The notes: a model not told the origin generated them from the sequence alone. Positions 21,043 through 34,905 are shown, numbered from the stretch's first letter. The stretch: DNA of 57,288 bases from Vitrella brassicaformis CCMP3155 (GCA_001179505.1 CDMY01000528.1:1-57288), one strand, 5' to 3'. Program-made: numbers and translations.

Positions 21043-24000
21043 TCATCCCATACTGTCAGCCTCCTTTTCCACAGAAGACTTCCACAGCGTGTACAAGGCC
21101 TCGATCATCTTAGCAAACCCCTCCACGTTCACGTCAAATGTCTTCACCGACGGGTACGCCGCGCTCTTCATCCCCCTGGACCTCCTCGCCACCCTGCCCA
21201 TGTCTTCCAAAGCGCTGATCCAGTAGTCCTTGCTGCCGATCATGTGCAGACCCATCAAGCTCTCACCCGGGATGCTGATCGTCACCGTCGGCGGCCCTTC
21301 CAGCACCGGACGCCCCCTCGGCTGGATGGCCTTGATCGCGGGGCTCAGTCCAGTGTTGCTCGGCTGCTTTGCCGGCCGCTTGAAGACAGGGCTGCCCTCT
21401 TCACCCAGCTCTCCGATTTCCATGCCGCTCTTCTTGCCGCCCTCGGCCACACGGGAGAGAAAGGTGCCTGGAATAGCGTGCACGCTGGCCTGGCTGGATA
21501 CGGACGCGCGGCGAGCACCTGAGCCGCGTCGCTGTGGGGTGTGTGGGGGCTGTGGCGTGGCGGGCTTCTTGTAGACGTCGAAGAGGTTAAGCTTGATGCG
21601 CCGCTTCTGCTGCAGCCGCTGCTGCCGCTTGATGAACAGATCGAGGCGCTCGCGGATGAGCCGCTCGGGCAGGAGGAAGTGCTCGAAGGGCAGGTTCATC
21701 TGTGCAGAGAAGACAAAACACATATGGGCGACGTGTTTTCACACACGTGTCTCACTTGTTGACCTGTTCCGCTAGCAGGGCGGGGTCTTGTGCTGTCGCC
21801 CCTGTTGTGGCTTTTTTTCTCTTGGCAGCGAGGCCACCCTTGCCGTTCTGCCCCTTGGGTGTGGAGGGGGCCAGCTTGACCAGCCCGTGTTTCTCAAACA
21901 GGGCCCGGGCCACTGGGTCCGCCTTGGCGATCACGTAGGGCTCCAGCTTCCGCCAAACTCTGTAGTAGGCTTCGCGGCGGGCCAGCCGACGCACCTGCAC
22001 ACGCATGAGACCTGTCCATTGCCTTACATCCGAATGAACGGATCCCTCCTCTGTCACCTTGAGTGATCGAAATGCCCGCTGCACGGCGACAACGCTCTTG
22101 CGGAATGTGCGGATGAGATGCGGGACGGACACCTGAGGCACCGCCTGCAAAGAATGCCATGGCAATAGAGACACGCCATAATCACGTAGAGGGAGACATG
22201 GATGGAATTGTTGTGGGCAGAAAAGACCCACTGAACCACTCACGCGCATCTCGAGGAAGTGGATGATGACTTTTGCCGCGTGGAACATGTCCGCCATATA
22301 GAGGTGCCGTGTCATGACTACCAACGCCGCTCTGATCATCACACTGTGCTCCTGCACTGCCTTGACACGCACTCTTGTCAGGTGCCGCAGCCAGGCCCGC
22401 TGGATCCGCGACGCAGCGGCCATCATCACATCGTGTTTCCTCTCCGCCTCGAGGGCCAGCAGATAGGACGACTCGCAGCCGCCGGCGAAGGAAGCCAAAG
22501 CGAGAAATATCAGCCACTGGCGTGTGCGCTCTTCGCTCAGCTCTGCTTCCAGCTGCTGCCTCTCGAGCTCTTCTCTCTCCTCCCTACGGACGTCTCTCTT
22601 CCGGAGGAAGGCCTCGTGGTGGGCGAGGGTCGCTGCGGCGATCTCTGCTTTGGCACTAAGGGTGCGGTGGATGGAGTCGCATTTGAGCAAAGCGCGCTCG
22701 CGAAGACGCTCATACTGACACCAGGGAGACTGATCATATAAGATACATAAAGAGACATGCAAGAATGTGGGAAGCCTGGTGATGTCCTTACTGATGTGGC
22801 GGGTATTATCTCTTTGTTCAGGGCGACTAGGTCTTTTCCCCCCGAGTAGCCCATCAGCTCCTCCCTTCTTCGCCTGGTCAGCGTCTTGAGTTTCTCGTCG
22901 AACTTCTGCCGCTTGGTTGGGTTCCGTTTGAGGTCTTCAAGCTTGGCCTCCCACCCCCGGTGGATCCGCTGCAGCCGCTGCCTCAGCTCCTCCCGAGACA
23001 TGACCACCTTCACCTTGCCGAAGGTGCACTTGATCTCGAATTTGGTGTCCACCAGTCCCTCCACGCCCACATAGAGCTCAGAAAATGGCGGGGCGACGTG
23101 TGTGGGACCGCCCCGGCCCCCGCGGGAGGCCTCCTCGCCTTCCAGTCCCTCATCGCCCTCCCCCTGTGGCGCGAGCATGGCGTGCTGGTAGACAAGGGTA
23201 AGAGCGGCCGAAGGGCTAGAGGGGTCTACTGCTTCGCTGGTGGCCACTGCGGGGTTGATCCATTTGCCCCGGAAGGTCGCTGTCTTGGTCGTTGGCCGCT
23301 CAGTCTCGAGCGAGCCGTAAAGGTTGATGAGAGGCGTGCTGGGCGAGCCTGTGGGGGGCGGGTTGGCGGGCGCTGTCGCAAGACCCTAGAAGAGAGAAAA
23401 GGAGGGGCTGAGCACCTCCAGAAGGTGTGCCCTTCCTCATCATGGGATCATCACCTGTGTTTTGCGAACGACCTCGACCTTGACGGAGACGGGCTTGTTT
23501 GGCAGATGGATCTTGTAGAACTTGTGCGCATTGGCGGTGATGTAGCCCAGCAGGCTCACGTCCTTCGGCAGAGTAATCAGCGAGCTGACTGTCCCGCCCA
23601 GTAGACCCGTGATAGTCGAGGCCAAGAGGTTGAACTCCTCTGCCGAGATGGCGGTCGATGCCGCGAGCGTCTCTTCATGGGGATGCGATGCCGTCAGTCG
23701 CTCGTCCGCGAGGCCGCTGAGCTTCTGCTTGCCCTCGAACGACTCGATTCGACGGTTGGCCAGCCGACTGAGGGCACTGACAGATGCAAATTCCGTTGGC
23801 TGCTCCGTCTTCTCAGTACTTGCGACAGTCTTGGTCTTGGATGCCTGCGCCCTTCCCCACCATTGCCGTGTCGTGACGAGGGCGGGCGGCAGGGTGCGTG
23901 TGGAGAGGGAGGGGTCGGTTGCGATGTGCTCATGGTCCTTGCCGGGCTGACGCTCAAATGAGGGGACGCCCGATGGCCACCCGGCTCTGCAAGCAGATGA

Positions 24001-24491
24001 TTGAATTGATTGACCTCATCCATTCAAACAAGCGTCTCGTCATTTTGCGTCAGCTTGGTTCACCTTGCCGTGTGCCTGCCCCGTGTTGCCCTGGTGGCGC
24101 TATCGGGCGGCGTCTGCGAGGGAGGCAGAGCGAGAGTCAAGCTTAGTGTTTCGTGGATGGGCGGGGGCGTCGGCGTGCTGCTCTCAGGGCACTTTATTCC
24201 CATTCTGCCGGATAGCTTGACCCTGCGTGGCGCGGAAAGAACACACGGAGAAAGAATGCTACGCCATGCATTGCGGTGTAATGCTCGTTCCGCTAATACA
24301 CAGACGTACCTGCTGTATATGCCTTCTCGGCCGGTTCTGTGCTGTGGTGCTGTCTCTTTCGATGCATCTTCATCTTGTCGGGGAACTGCTGAAGCTGCCC
24401 GCCGACCGGGGCTGCTTGCGGACGAGTCTTTGACAAGGGATCTCCTTGGGTTTGTGTGGACCGCAGAGCCTCTCGTGCTTGGCGACGACAT
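21043..24491 (-). CDS. Large IQ-motif / coiled-coil protein
   Basis: In-phase chain from MSSPSTRGSAV (24491) through long exons; IQ-like motifs AASRIQRAWLRHLTR and VVAVQRAFRSLK|VRR; E/R/K-rich coiled coils; ends EKEADSMG* (TGA). Confidence 0.75.
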
Positions 24492-24590
24492 GCTTGCGAG
24501 ACGGGAAACGAGGTGGGGGCGTGGAGGGGGCCCGGGGGAGCTCGCCGTCGAATGCGCAGCGTTGGTGTTGTGTGGGTATCCTTGGTCATC

Positions 24591-27500
24591 ATGGACGTCT
24601 TTGACGACCACGAAGACGACGAGCTTCCTCTTCCACCGCTCAGAAGCCCAGAGGAATGCGACGCGTATATGAAGTATGATCAGGCTCAGCGAATACAACG
24701 CTGCACAGAAGGCACACACGTCAGTCTGTGTGTGTGGATTCAATGCGTTCATTCGTGCAGGAAGACGTCCACGGGGCTGTTCAGCCTCACCTGGTTCGCA
24801 TCGCCTCTTTTTTTCTGGAAGCGCCCAGGTAAGCTGGAGGGGTAATATATGAACACGAGAGGGTATGGTGACACGCTCGATGTCTCTTTCTCTCCACAGA
24901 CACACTCAAGCGGGAGAGCGTTTTGGGTGAGAGATACAAGAACATACATACAAACGAATTACGTACTTGCACGCAACGCACCATGTTTGGCCTTCGCCTG
25001 TCTCGTCCTGTCTGTCTGCATCTGCAGGGGGCCAGCACGACATTGCCAATGCGCTCCCAGCAGCAAAATCCGGCGTGCCACCAAGATGGTCACAGACCGA
25101 CGCCGACGTTCTCCTCAAAAACTCAAAGCTCATCGATGTCGCCACACTCAACAACTATGCCGCCTGGCTTTTCATGTAAGAAGAAAGAGATACACCTGCT
25201 CGCCGCGCTAAGCTGCATGTGGAACTGATATCTTTACAGGGTGGTTGTGGTCTTAATCGGCTGTCTCAGAGCTTCGGCAGAGCAATGGGTAGAGGCGGAC
25301 ACCCCCATATTGCTGCATCTGCATATTCGACGGTCTCTTGGTGTACATATGTGTGCCTACGTGTGCAGATGCAGGAAGTGCCTGGCTTTCTGGACGAGCG
25401 GGGTCTCCAGCGGTATTCGAGCACGCAGGAGTACATCGACGTGTCAATCAGACGCGCCGAGGTCAAGCAGCATGTGAACACCCCCTCCATCATCATGGGC
25501 GCGGTCTGGCTGCTGCTGCCTTTCTCCGCGACCATCATCATACTCAACCACTTATTCGGATACCGACGCACAATCGACGTAAGCAAGCAAGCCGGTGAGT
25601 GACATATCCGCTGCTCTCCGTTGTTTGTTTGTTTGTTTGTTTGTCAATCAGCATTGGAACTTCAAGAGGTGGAAGGACAGGGCGCGCGAAGTGAAGAGGC
25701 AGCTGCGGCTGAACCCTCCACGCGTCCGCAGGGGCACAGTGATGATCATGGATATGTCCCAGGGCAGTATCAAGTTCGATTGGATGACTCAATTCAACTT
25801 CTTTGTCCGTCGGATTCGCCGCTGCCTCGAAGACATGTCCTTCAGCTTCGGTATCGCCGGCAGATTCTTCTGGTGCCCATACGTTTTTGTCGAGGTGATG
25901 AGAAGAGGCGAAAGGACGTGACGGGTGACGAATTGACGCGTCCGACTGTCAGGCTTTGACGATGGCCTTCCAGTCGTTTCGGTGTCTGCGGCTGGCTGGC
26001 TATGATTTGGTTCAGTGGGACGAGGTGCCAGCGGAATTCTTCTCGGTGCACTTTGCCCTGGCGGCGCTCATCGCTTTGCATTCTTCGGTGGTCATTATCA
26101 ACTGCCTAGTTGGGCGGAGAGGGTCAGTCAAAAGCGACAAATCATAAATGAATGCAGTGCGTGCGCCTTTGCCTGTGCATGCATGTGCAGGCTGGCCATC
26201 ATCCTGTCTCTGGTGCTTTCGCTCCTCTACACAGTGCACTCTGTCTTCCTGCGCACCGACCTCATGTCGCACGACACTCCGTTGCTGGCCATCCTGGCAG
26301 CAATGCGCTCCAACCAAGAGCTCGACTTCTGTGCCGAGTACCTGCCGCTCATGTCGGCGCTGTACTCTCTGCGGACAGTGGATGCGCTGCTGCTGCTCAA
26401 GAGCTACAAGGACTGGACAAAGGCCAAGGCAGGGGGAAAGCTGGGTGGAAAGCACGGCGCGATGACCAAGTCCCTCTCGAAGCTGGGTGACTCTGAGGAA
26501 AGCTCAGAGCCACAGGAGAGCCCCAAAGAGAGCCCGAAGGCTGACACGGGCTGCCGGCAAAAGTTCAGGAGGTCCTCATCGACACTCTCACAGCTAGTCG
26601 ACCCTCAGGTGAGAGTGAGTGAGGCACGAATGGATGATCTATGTGTCTCCGTCACTTTCCCACCTTTCAGCGCCTCAAAAAGCAATGGACTGGCGTGTTC
26701 CATATAGATGAAGTGCTGGAAGACGAAATCCAGGAGCCGACGTCATGGAGCTTGCGACGCGACAGCGGCCGCGCGTCCGTAGCCTCCAGCAGGAGGACCA
26801 GCGACGGCCTCAAAAGAAGATTCGAAGTGCCAGTCACCATCAGAGTACATATGCAATGCATTGCCGCCAGCAGAAGAATCGTCGTTCATGTTTGTCTCAT
26901 GCGCAGGCTCTGACTGGGCTGGATGACCCCGGCCGAGAGCACGTCGATGCCTCCCCATTCTCCTCCCCGATCACTGCAGCCCCCCCTACCCGAAACCTCT
27001 TTCCCCCCCAAGTGACTGTCCGTGGAGGCCAGTCCGTCCACCCCGGTCCCCTCACCCCCGTCCCAGAAGACAGCGCGACAAAGGGCGGATTCCCCGCGGA
27101 AAGCAGGCGAATATCGTCAGCGTCGAGAACTTCCGTCTCGTCCCCGTCCGGGCCCGTGGCAGCCTTTGGCGCCGAGCAATTGTGGGACATCAGTCTGCGC
27201 ACCAGCGAGGCCGATTACGAGGCGGGCAGCATCCCGGACGAGCTCTCGACTGACTCTCAGTACGCTTGCCGATATCTGTGTATCCGTGGCGAAGAGACCG
27301 TAGGCCGGATCTGTGTATCCATGACTGCAGAGGCACGTCCCCCTCATCACAACGGGATGCGTTGGAGGAGATCGGCTCCCCCAGGCGGCGGATAACGGCC
27401 GTCAGTATCATGACAGAGGAACAGGTCGCATCAGAAGCGTCATCAATGGATCAAGCCTCGTACAGGCGTCGGTCGGCGGAGTTTGAGCAGGATGAACCGT

Positions 27501-28996
27501 CGGCGGCACCACAGACGGGGGAAGCCGAGAAAGTAGTGGAGGCCTCAGCGCGCAGAGCGTCGCGGCGTGTCTCGCTGCTAGCGGAAGCAGAGGACAGGGA
27601 CCCAGAACCCAAAGACGCTGCGGCCGGGGAGTCGACCAGCAGGACGCTCGACACGCGCAAGACGTACAGGGAGAGCCAGCTGGGCGTCATGGGCTTCAGC
27701 CTGTCGCGTGCGTCGTCTCTCAGCCACAGTAGCAGCGCCAGCGAATGGCGCAGGACGGACCTGACGATGGCACGGACGATATCGATTGCCTGGGGAGTGA
27801 TGATGTTCTTCTCGGCAGCCATCCAACTCATACAGCGCCTACGTGGCGATTTCATCTGCCCTCACCTCCCTGGATGGCGGCTGTGTATGCTCAAGGTGAC
27901 TGACAAACGGACAGGGAGACATCAGTGGTGAGGAGCTCCTCTCTCTGTGTCTGTCCAGGTGTATCCTCCGTATGGCCGCCGAAATGGCAAGAGCATTCAG
28001 GGCATCTGGTCCCCATGCAACTGCAGGTGAGCACCACACTGAGGACTAGGATTTCTCCACTCTTCGTCCTCCATGCGTGTAGATATATCAACATGGACAC
28101 GATGGATAGCGAAGACGATGTGAAGGCCTTCGAGTCGTCAGCAAGTGATTTCTCCACTCTCCAGGTGCGCTCGCTCAGTCGATTGTCAACTCTCGTCCGC
28201 TGCTGGATTGATCGACGGATGGTTGGATCGATTTGTACAGGGGATCGCCTTCCTGCCGTCGGGGCTGCAGCCAGAGGGGCTCCAGATCGACCGTCTTGAG
28301 ATCTCACACCAGAGACACCTGGACTTCCTTCTCGTCGGATTCGGTGAGACAGGCAGGCCGCAGGCATGTTGTTGCGTCTTCGGTCATGCTGACGGCTGGC
28401 TGTGCATACAGGTCGCATGACCGAACACGCAATCCCACGGGACCTGAGCAAGCTGACTCGGCTGCAGTACATCGAGTTCCCGGCAAATGCCTTCGAGGAA
28501 TTCCCCGCCGGTCTCCTGAAAGCGTCAGATCTGAAAGTTATCGACTTCAGGCTCAACAGCATTGCGACGATCCCGACCAACATCCACGACAAACTGCCGA
28601 CGTTGACGTACCTGTATCTGCCTGCCAACCCCGTGTGCTCGTCGAATTTTCTGACGGACCCGTCGCACTCGCGGGACTTCCTTGACGCGATGGAGCGCCT
28701 CGACCCGTGCTTGAGGCGGGGCGGCGACCACACGAGGGTTGGACACAGGTGTCTCGATGATTGCCTCACTGTCTACGCAATCTGCACGAAGCTGGACACT
28801 AACAATGACTGGAGGGTAAGCAAGATCATGTCAAATCCGAGAAGTGGTGGGTGTATCAATCGGCTGTGTGTCTCATCCAGTTCTGCTGGGAGGAGCTTCA
28901 GGCTGCGGGGCTCAGTAAGGACAGGCAGACAGAGCATGGGATGGATCCCAAGGCCAGCACATGCTGTGCATGCATTCAACACCTTTAATCTCTCTC

Positions 28997-29029
<33 letters not shown>

Positions 29030-29264
29030 ATATGTCATTCATGCAGTCACTTACGAGACGTACGTCGGCATATTGCGTGACTTCCAGCCGGGTTCGATTC
29101 GCGAGGAGCCGGACGGCTCGGTGACGATCTTTGAGTGCCCCTCCTGGCGCACACTGGCCATCTACGCGACAAGCGGCGACAGCGACTGTTTCGACTGCGT
29201 CTCTCTGGGCCACATCGACCCCCTCGCATACGATGCACCTAATCAACTTCCCACGAGCCAATGA
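24591..29264 (+). CDS. Multi-pass membrane protein with C-terminal Cys-rich cap, leucine-rich repeats and an EF-hand-like loop
   Basis: Hydrophobic segments (IIMGAVWLLLPFSATIIIL; FFSVHFALAALIALHSSVVIINCLV; LAIILSLVLSLLYTVHSVFL; ISIAWGVMMFFSAAIQLI), a long Ser/Arg-rich insert, LRRs (LSKLTRLQYIEFPANAFEEFPAGL; LKVIDFRLNSIATIPTNI; LTYLYLPANPVC) and DTNNDWR|FCWEEL; TGA at 29262-29264. May be two genes if an internal junction is wrong. Confidence 0.7.
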
Positions 29265-30080
29265 TCGGACATGAGGGGGAAGGGACAGCGTCAGGGCTCG
29301 CTTCTCTCTCTAGGCGGTGTGGTGGCAGCTTACGTAGTGGCAGAAGATGGGACGGGACGTCGGATGGTCAGCCTATTGCTTAGTCTCAGTCAGTGTGTCT
29401 TGGGACGTGTGTGGATCAGAGCAGAGGGCTTCCTTCATGTATGTGTAATGACATGACATGTCATGTGTGGCACTTACTCTCACACCTGATTGTACACTAA
29501 TCGACGCTTGCAAATCCACCCTATGAAGTCCCGACTCTGCGCACACGGATAGAAGAACCTACCGCTGCAGCACGTCTTTGTCTTCATGCTGCCTGTCTGT
29601 GTGTGTGTGCCAGGGCACATGTTCCTCGATTGAGCGTCAAAGACCATCCCAGTAAGGGGCACGGCATACAATGCGCTTCTCTGTGTGTGTCTCTCTCTCT
29701 GTTGTGTGGTGTGTGTATTGTGTCTTCGTTCCACACCCCCACTCCCCCACCAACCAGCCATCGGAGTGTCGCCTCAGATTCTAGTGTCGCCTCGTCACCT
29801 CGTCGGTGTGTCTCTGTCTCGCTGCCTGCCTGCGTTCAGTGCACTGTGTGACTAGCGGAGGCAGCTGACACGAATGTGTGCAGGGAGATGTTTTCCACTT
29901 TCTGGCGATGCATGGTCAGCGATGGCTAGCGATCATATAGCCTCTGACACCTTCGATGCAATTGAGCGGTGCATACACCTATAGGGTGTCGTTAACATAT
30001 ACATGGGTGGTTGATTGATTGACCAGCGTATGTGTGCACGACCATTGACACGTCAATCATCAAGTGACACAAATAGCACA

Positions 30081-31545
30081 CCAGCGTGAGTCCGCACCGC
30101 ACGATCGAACAGGCAACATTTACTTGAGGAGAGAGAGGCCATGGGTGCATGGCATGGATGTGCGTATGCACATTATACAAGTGTGTGTGTGCAGACATAC
30201 AAATAAGTATAGAAGACATACAGAGATCGACAGACAGACAAGGCAGCAGAGATGGATGGACCACAGGCGCATGTGAATCTCACCCCACCCACCTCATGCG
30301 GCAACCATCACACACAACACCACCGAGACGCCACATGTACCCGCACAGCCTCAGCAAGGAGGACTGGACCGCATCGCCACACTGTCCATTCGCATGGCAA
30401 TGAGAGCGGTCAGCAAAACGCCTCGGCGACCGACTGCGATGCATGGGGTCACACAAAGACAATATGGAGTCAGGACCACACACAGAGAGAGAGGAAGGTA
30501 AGCCCACCCACCAGCCACCCACACACATCAATCAACCGCCGTACACCCACAAGGAGGCAAAAATGACCGACTGCATGGGAACAGCCGGTAAGTCTATGTC
30601 TGTCTGTTGTGATGTGTGCATGTGGATGGGCAACGGGTGTGAAACATACCGCCGTGTCTGTATGTGTGGATGCGTGTGTAGAGCAACGAATTCGCCACTG
30701 TGGACACAGACACAGAGAGAGAGGGAGAGAGACAGGGGAGAGAGGTCAGTGATCAGCCACAACGTGCAGCAAAGACCAACAGACCACCGACCGCCCAGCC
30801 GTTCGGTGCATTCAGTCGGTCAGTCAGGCAGATGTCTGCTCCAGCGTGAGTCCGCACCGCACGATCAAACAGGCAACATACTTAATGAGAGAGAGGCCAT
30901 GGGTGCATGGCATGGATGTGCGGATGTACATTATACAGGTATGCACATGTATACTTGATGTATGTGTATAAGGGTGTGTACAGAAGACATACAAATGTGT
31001 ACAGACATACAAAGAGAGAGAGAGGGGGATGGGGAGCCGACGCGAGGGGAGGAAGCAGACATGGATCAAGGGCACATGCATCCCACCCACCCCATACAGC
31101 ATCCGCACTGCATCACAGCATGAGTAAGATCTAGAAGGATTGGAGCACATCGCTCCAGTACGTACGTATGCATTGCATGCATATCACAGCATACAGCAGA
31201 AAGGCGCCTCGTATGGAGGCCTCCAGGGACCGCACACGACACGAAATCAGTAAGCACATGTAGACAGACACACAGAAAGTAAGCCCTCCCGCCCGCCCAC
31301 CAACCCACCCACGAAGCAGGCAAAAACTGATCATGACTGACTGCACAAGGGCAGTCTGTCTGTCTGTCTGTCCGGTGCGATGATATGTGTGTGGGTGGGC
31401 AACGAGTGTGAAACGAAGTACACATTGTACCGCCACAGTGTGTGTGTTTACGTATGTGTGCAGGCAGCAACAAATTCGTCACGGAGGGATGCGTGGATGG
31501 GTGAACACACATGGTGGGTGATCGGTTGGTCTGCCTCTCTCTCTG
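30081..31545. repeat. Two tandem copies (~30081-30840, ~30841-31545) of the non-coding module found downstream of family copies
   Basis: CCAGCGTGAGTCCGCACCGCACGATC(G/A)AACAGGCAACAT...GCCATGGGTGCATGGCATGGATGTG starts both copies; GAATTCG(C/T)CAC recurs at ~30689 and ~31472. Confidence 0.8.
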
Positions 31546-31763
31546 TGCTGATACATGTCTGTCCACACCCCCGCTGCCCTCATCATCATCATCATCATCT
31601 TCATCGTTCTCGAAGTCGTCCTCCACATCGTCCTCCATATCATCGCCATCGCCATCGAAATCTGCATCACACATAGGAGGATAGAGAAGGGCGTCAACCA
31701 GCCACCTAGTGCGTGCCTCCCTGCTCGTGTCAGTCGTGTTTGATGCAGTCATACCTCAGCTGT

Positions 31764-32996
31764 CTATCGGTCGAAGAACATGGCTGAGATGACGGTCCCC
31801 AGCACCGCCCGCGCCAGCCGAGTGGTCTGCGGGAAGCGGTCCTTGAAGGCGCCACCCACACCACACACAGCCGACTCGCTGCAGATCCATGATGGTGATC
31901 CACGCGACGAATGAGTGGCTGGTGTCCGTCAGGACGAGACGGCCACAAAAGCCGTCAAAAGTTGAGCGTGATGCAGTGGTGGTGCATCCCGCCACTCGTG
32001 TGTGGGAGGACTGCGTCAGCAGGTTGAGCAGCCGGTTGTTGGCGACATGCCTGACACACACATATTATACAGAAATAACACTCGCGTGACGTGGCAATGC
32101 CCTCTCAAAGTGATGCCCCGCCTGACCTGTCGATGAAAGTGTGAGTGGAGTTGATCTGGTGAGTGCCAAAGAAGTGCCGGAGGACGATGCTCTTGACACA
32201 CAAGGACACGGACGAGGAACTCTAAGTTTCCCCAGTCATCGACCGCCAGCCCAGGAACCGATCATAGTCGATGCTGCTGCGGACGGGCGGGTCATGCTGC
32301 TGTCGGTGCTGCTGGTAGGGGTGGTTGAGAGGGAGGGGCGGGTCGATATCGAGCTCGAAGCCGTCCTCGTCCTTGATGGCCCGCAGTGTGTCGCCGTGTT
32401 GGAACAGCTGGAAGGTTACGCCGTTGCCGAAGTCGATGTGGGGGCCGACCATCTTAAGCTGAGCCAACACACGGGGAGCGGCCAAATACGCCTGCACACA
32501 TAGCACATCACACACAGAGAGAGAAGAATGAACAAGACCCTCTCTCTCCCCTCCCGCCCCTGTGTATGCGTCTCACCGTTTTGTTGGCGTGTCTGTTGAT
32601 GTCGTCAGCAGTCAGCCGCACCGGCAGGGTGCACCGGCCGCACTGCTCCGCCAGCCGCAGTACGTCGGCGACCTCGTCCCACCTCTGCTCCTCCACCATC
32701 CAGATGGCCGGCAGCACCACACGTGGCTCAGACACCGTCTGGGCGTCGAAGACCAGCACGGTGTCGAGCCGTGACCCGTCGGCGAGCCGTTTGCTGTGCA
32801 GCGAGTGGGTGAGTCGTTTGCGGAGTGCATCGGGAGGGAAGTCGACGATGCTGTGCTGGCGGGTTGCCACTCTGAGGCTGCCGACGTCTTTGATCTTGAG
32901 CAGCCAAACTCGCGAGTGGCGGAAGATGCAGGGGACCGCCTCGCCGTTGACGACCGGCGAGTCCGTGTCGCTGCTCCTGCTGCTGATGGCTGACAT
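31764..32996 (-). pseudogene. F-box-like family, copy C (divergent N-terminus; premature TAG plus deletion/frameshift)
   Basis: Core AYLAAPRVLAQLKMVGPH exon present; in-frame TAG at 32222-32224 where paralogues have Tyr; the last intron and flanks are deleted near ~31883, shifting the frame. Confidence 0.8.
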
Positions 32997-33548
32997 GACA
33001 CGGAAGCTGCAGTGACTCAGACCTGCACACAGACAGACAAGGAAGGACGCCAAACACACACAGCCGCTGTGAATGATGTGTGTGAATGAATCGCTTTGCT
33101 TGTGGAAGGCAGCCGACCTAGCGATCTGACGCAATGAAGCGGAGCGACCGACACACACTGCGCGCCAACTTCGCTTAGGGCACAGGTCAAACACAACTAA
33201 CGCTGACAAGGCTTTTTCCCATTGCAGGAGCGTCCGGGGGCAGCTGGCATGTTCATTTGGACCCTACTGATGCGCCGTATGTGTATCTGGTGTGTATGCG
33301 TAAGACAGCGCACACTCACGAACCGAATCCAATACATATCAATGCGCACTAACGTCGACGTGAGGCAAAGCAGCAGAGATGGACCGATCGAGGGCACGTG
33401 CGTTCATTCATTCCAGACAGACCGAGCGCATCAAAGAATGAGTCCGCACAGCTGCAAGACAGTCATTACCGTAGCTCGCAAATCACGATGTGAGGAGAAT
33501 TTCTCCTCACGTTGTCTGTGGTGGGCTCCGCAAGCGCCACCATCACGC

Positions 33549-33848
33549 NNNNNNNNNNNNNNNNNNNNNNNNNNNNNNNNNNNNNNNNNNNNNNNNNNNN
33601 NNNNNNNNNNNNNNNNNNNNNNNNNNNNNNNNNNNNNNNNNNNNNNNNNNNNNNNNNNNNNNNNNNNNNNNNNNNNNNNNNNNNNNNNNNNNNNNNNNNN
33701 NNNNNNNNNNNNNNNNNNNNNNNNNNNNNNNNNNNNNNNNNNNNNNNNNNNNNNNNNNNNNNNNNNNNNNNNNNNNNNNNNNNNNNNNNNNNNNNNNNNN
33801 NNNNNNNNNNNNNNNNNNNNNNNNNNNNNNNNNNNNNNNNNNNNNNNN
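33549..33848. other. Assembly gap (300 N)
   Basis: Run of N. Confidence 1.
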
Positions 33849-34189
33849 AGGGTTGATAATCTATGACGGACTCGGTGGGTGGTCGGGCAGAGGGTTACAT
33901 TTGGCATGCTTGCAGTGATTGAATGGAAGGGACAGCTAGCTAGTTTTTAGTTTGCATTCTTGATGGACTCCTCGTGCTGACACGCTTTCCGTTAATCCCG
34001 TGCACACACAAGACAGTCATCCTTACGATCGACCCACTTCGACAGAGAAGCCGTACTTTAATAAATCAGCGCACGGATGTCAGCCGTTCACTCAGAGAGA
34101 CACACAGACAGAGAGAGAGAGAGAGAGAGCACAGCCAGGCAGCGTCAGCAAGAAAGCCGACATTGCTATGGGTAGACGTCGACACAGAT

Positions 34190-34905
34190 GGATGTGAGTA
34201 TGTCCATTATATATCTATGTGAGTCAGTGTATATGCACACGTCTGTGTACACCGATACAGAGGTGTGTACAGAAGACATACAAATGGGTACAGACATGCA
34301 GACAGAGAGAGAGATGGATGGAGGAGGCGACGTGAGGCAAGGCAGCAGACAATACGGACCAAGCGCACATCACATGCATCGGATCCCGCCTGCAGCCAGC
34401 TGTCCCTCCACCATTCACCACATGTCATGTGTCCGCACAGCATCAGTAGGCAGGATTGATCGGAGCACATCGCTCCAGTATGGATGCATTGCGTGTACAT
34501 GAAAGCATTCATTCACGAAGAACGCCTCGGCGATCGAGTGGCATTCGTGAAGTCACACACAATCATGATGAATTCAGGACGACACTCAGACAGTGAGAGA
34601 GGAAGGCAAGCCGCCTCCCCACCAGCAACCAGCCACACACATCAATCGCCGAGGACCAACAAGCAGAGAGAAACGACTGACTGCATGGGAGCAGCCTGTC
34701 TGTCTGTCTGTCTGTCTGGTGTGGTGACATGTGCGTGGGTGTGTGGGTGGGCAACGAGTGTGAGATGAAATACACACCGCACCGCCACAGTCTATGTGTA
34801 TACGTATGTGTGCATCCCATGCAGCAACGAATTCGTCACGGAGGGGTGGCTGGACACATAAAGTTCATCGTGCATCCATCGGTCGGCCGGCCTGTCTGTC
34901 TGTCT
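34190..34905. repeat. Downstream non-coding module, copy behind family member D
   Basis: Shares CAACGAATTCGTCACGGAGG..GGCTGGACACATAAAGTTC..GTGCATCCATCGGTCGGCC with 44375-44440 and other blocks with 30900-31500. Confidence 0.75.
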
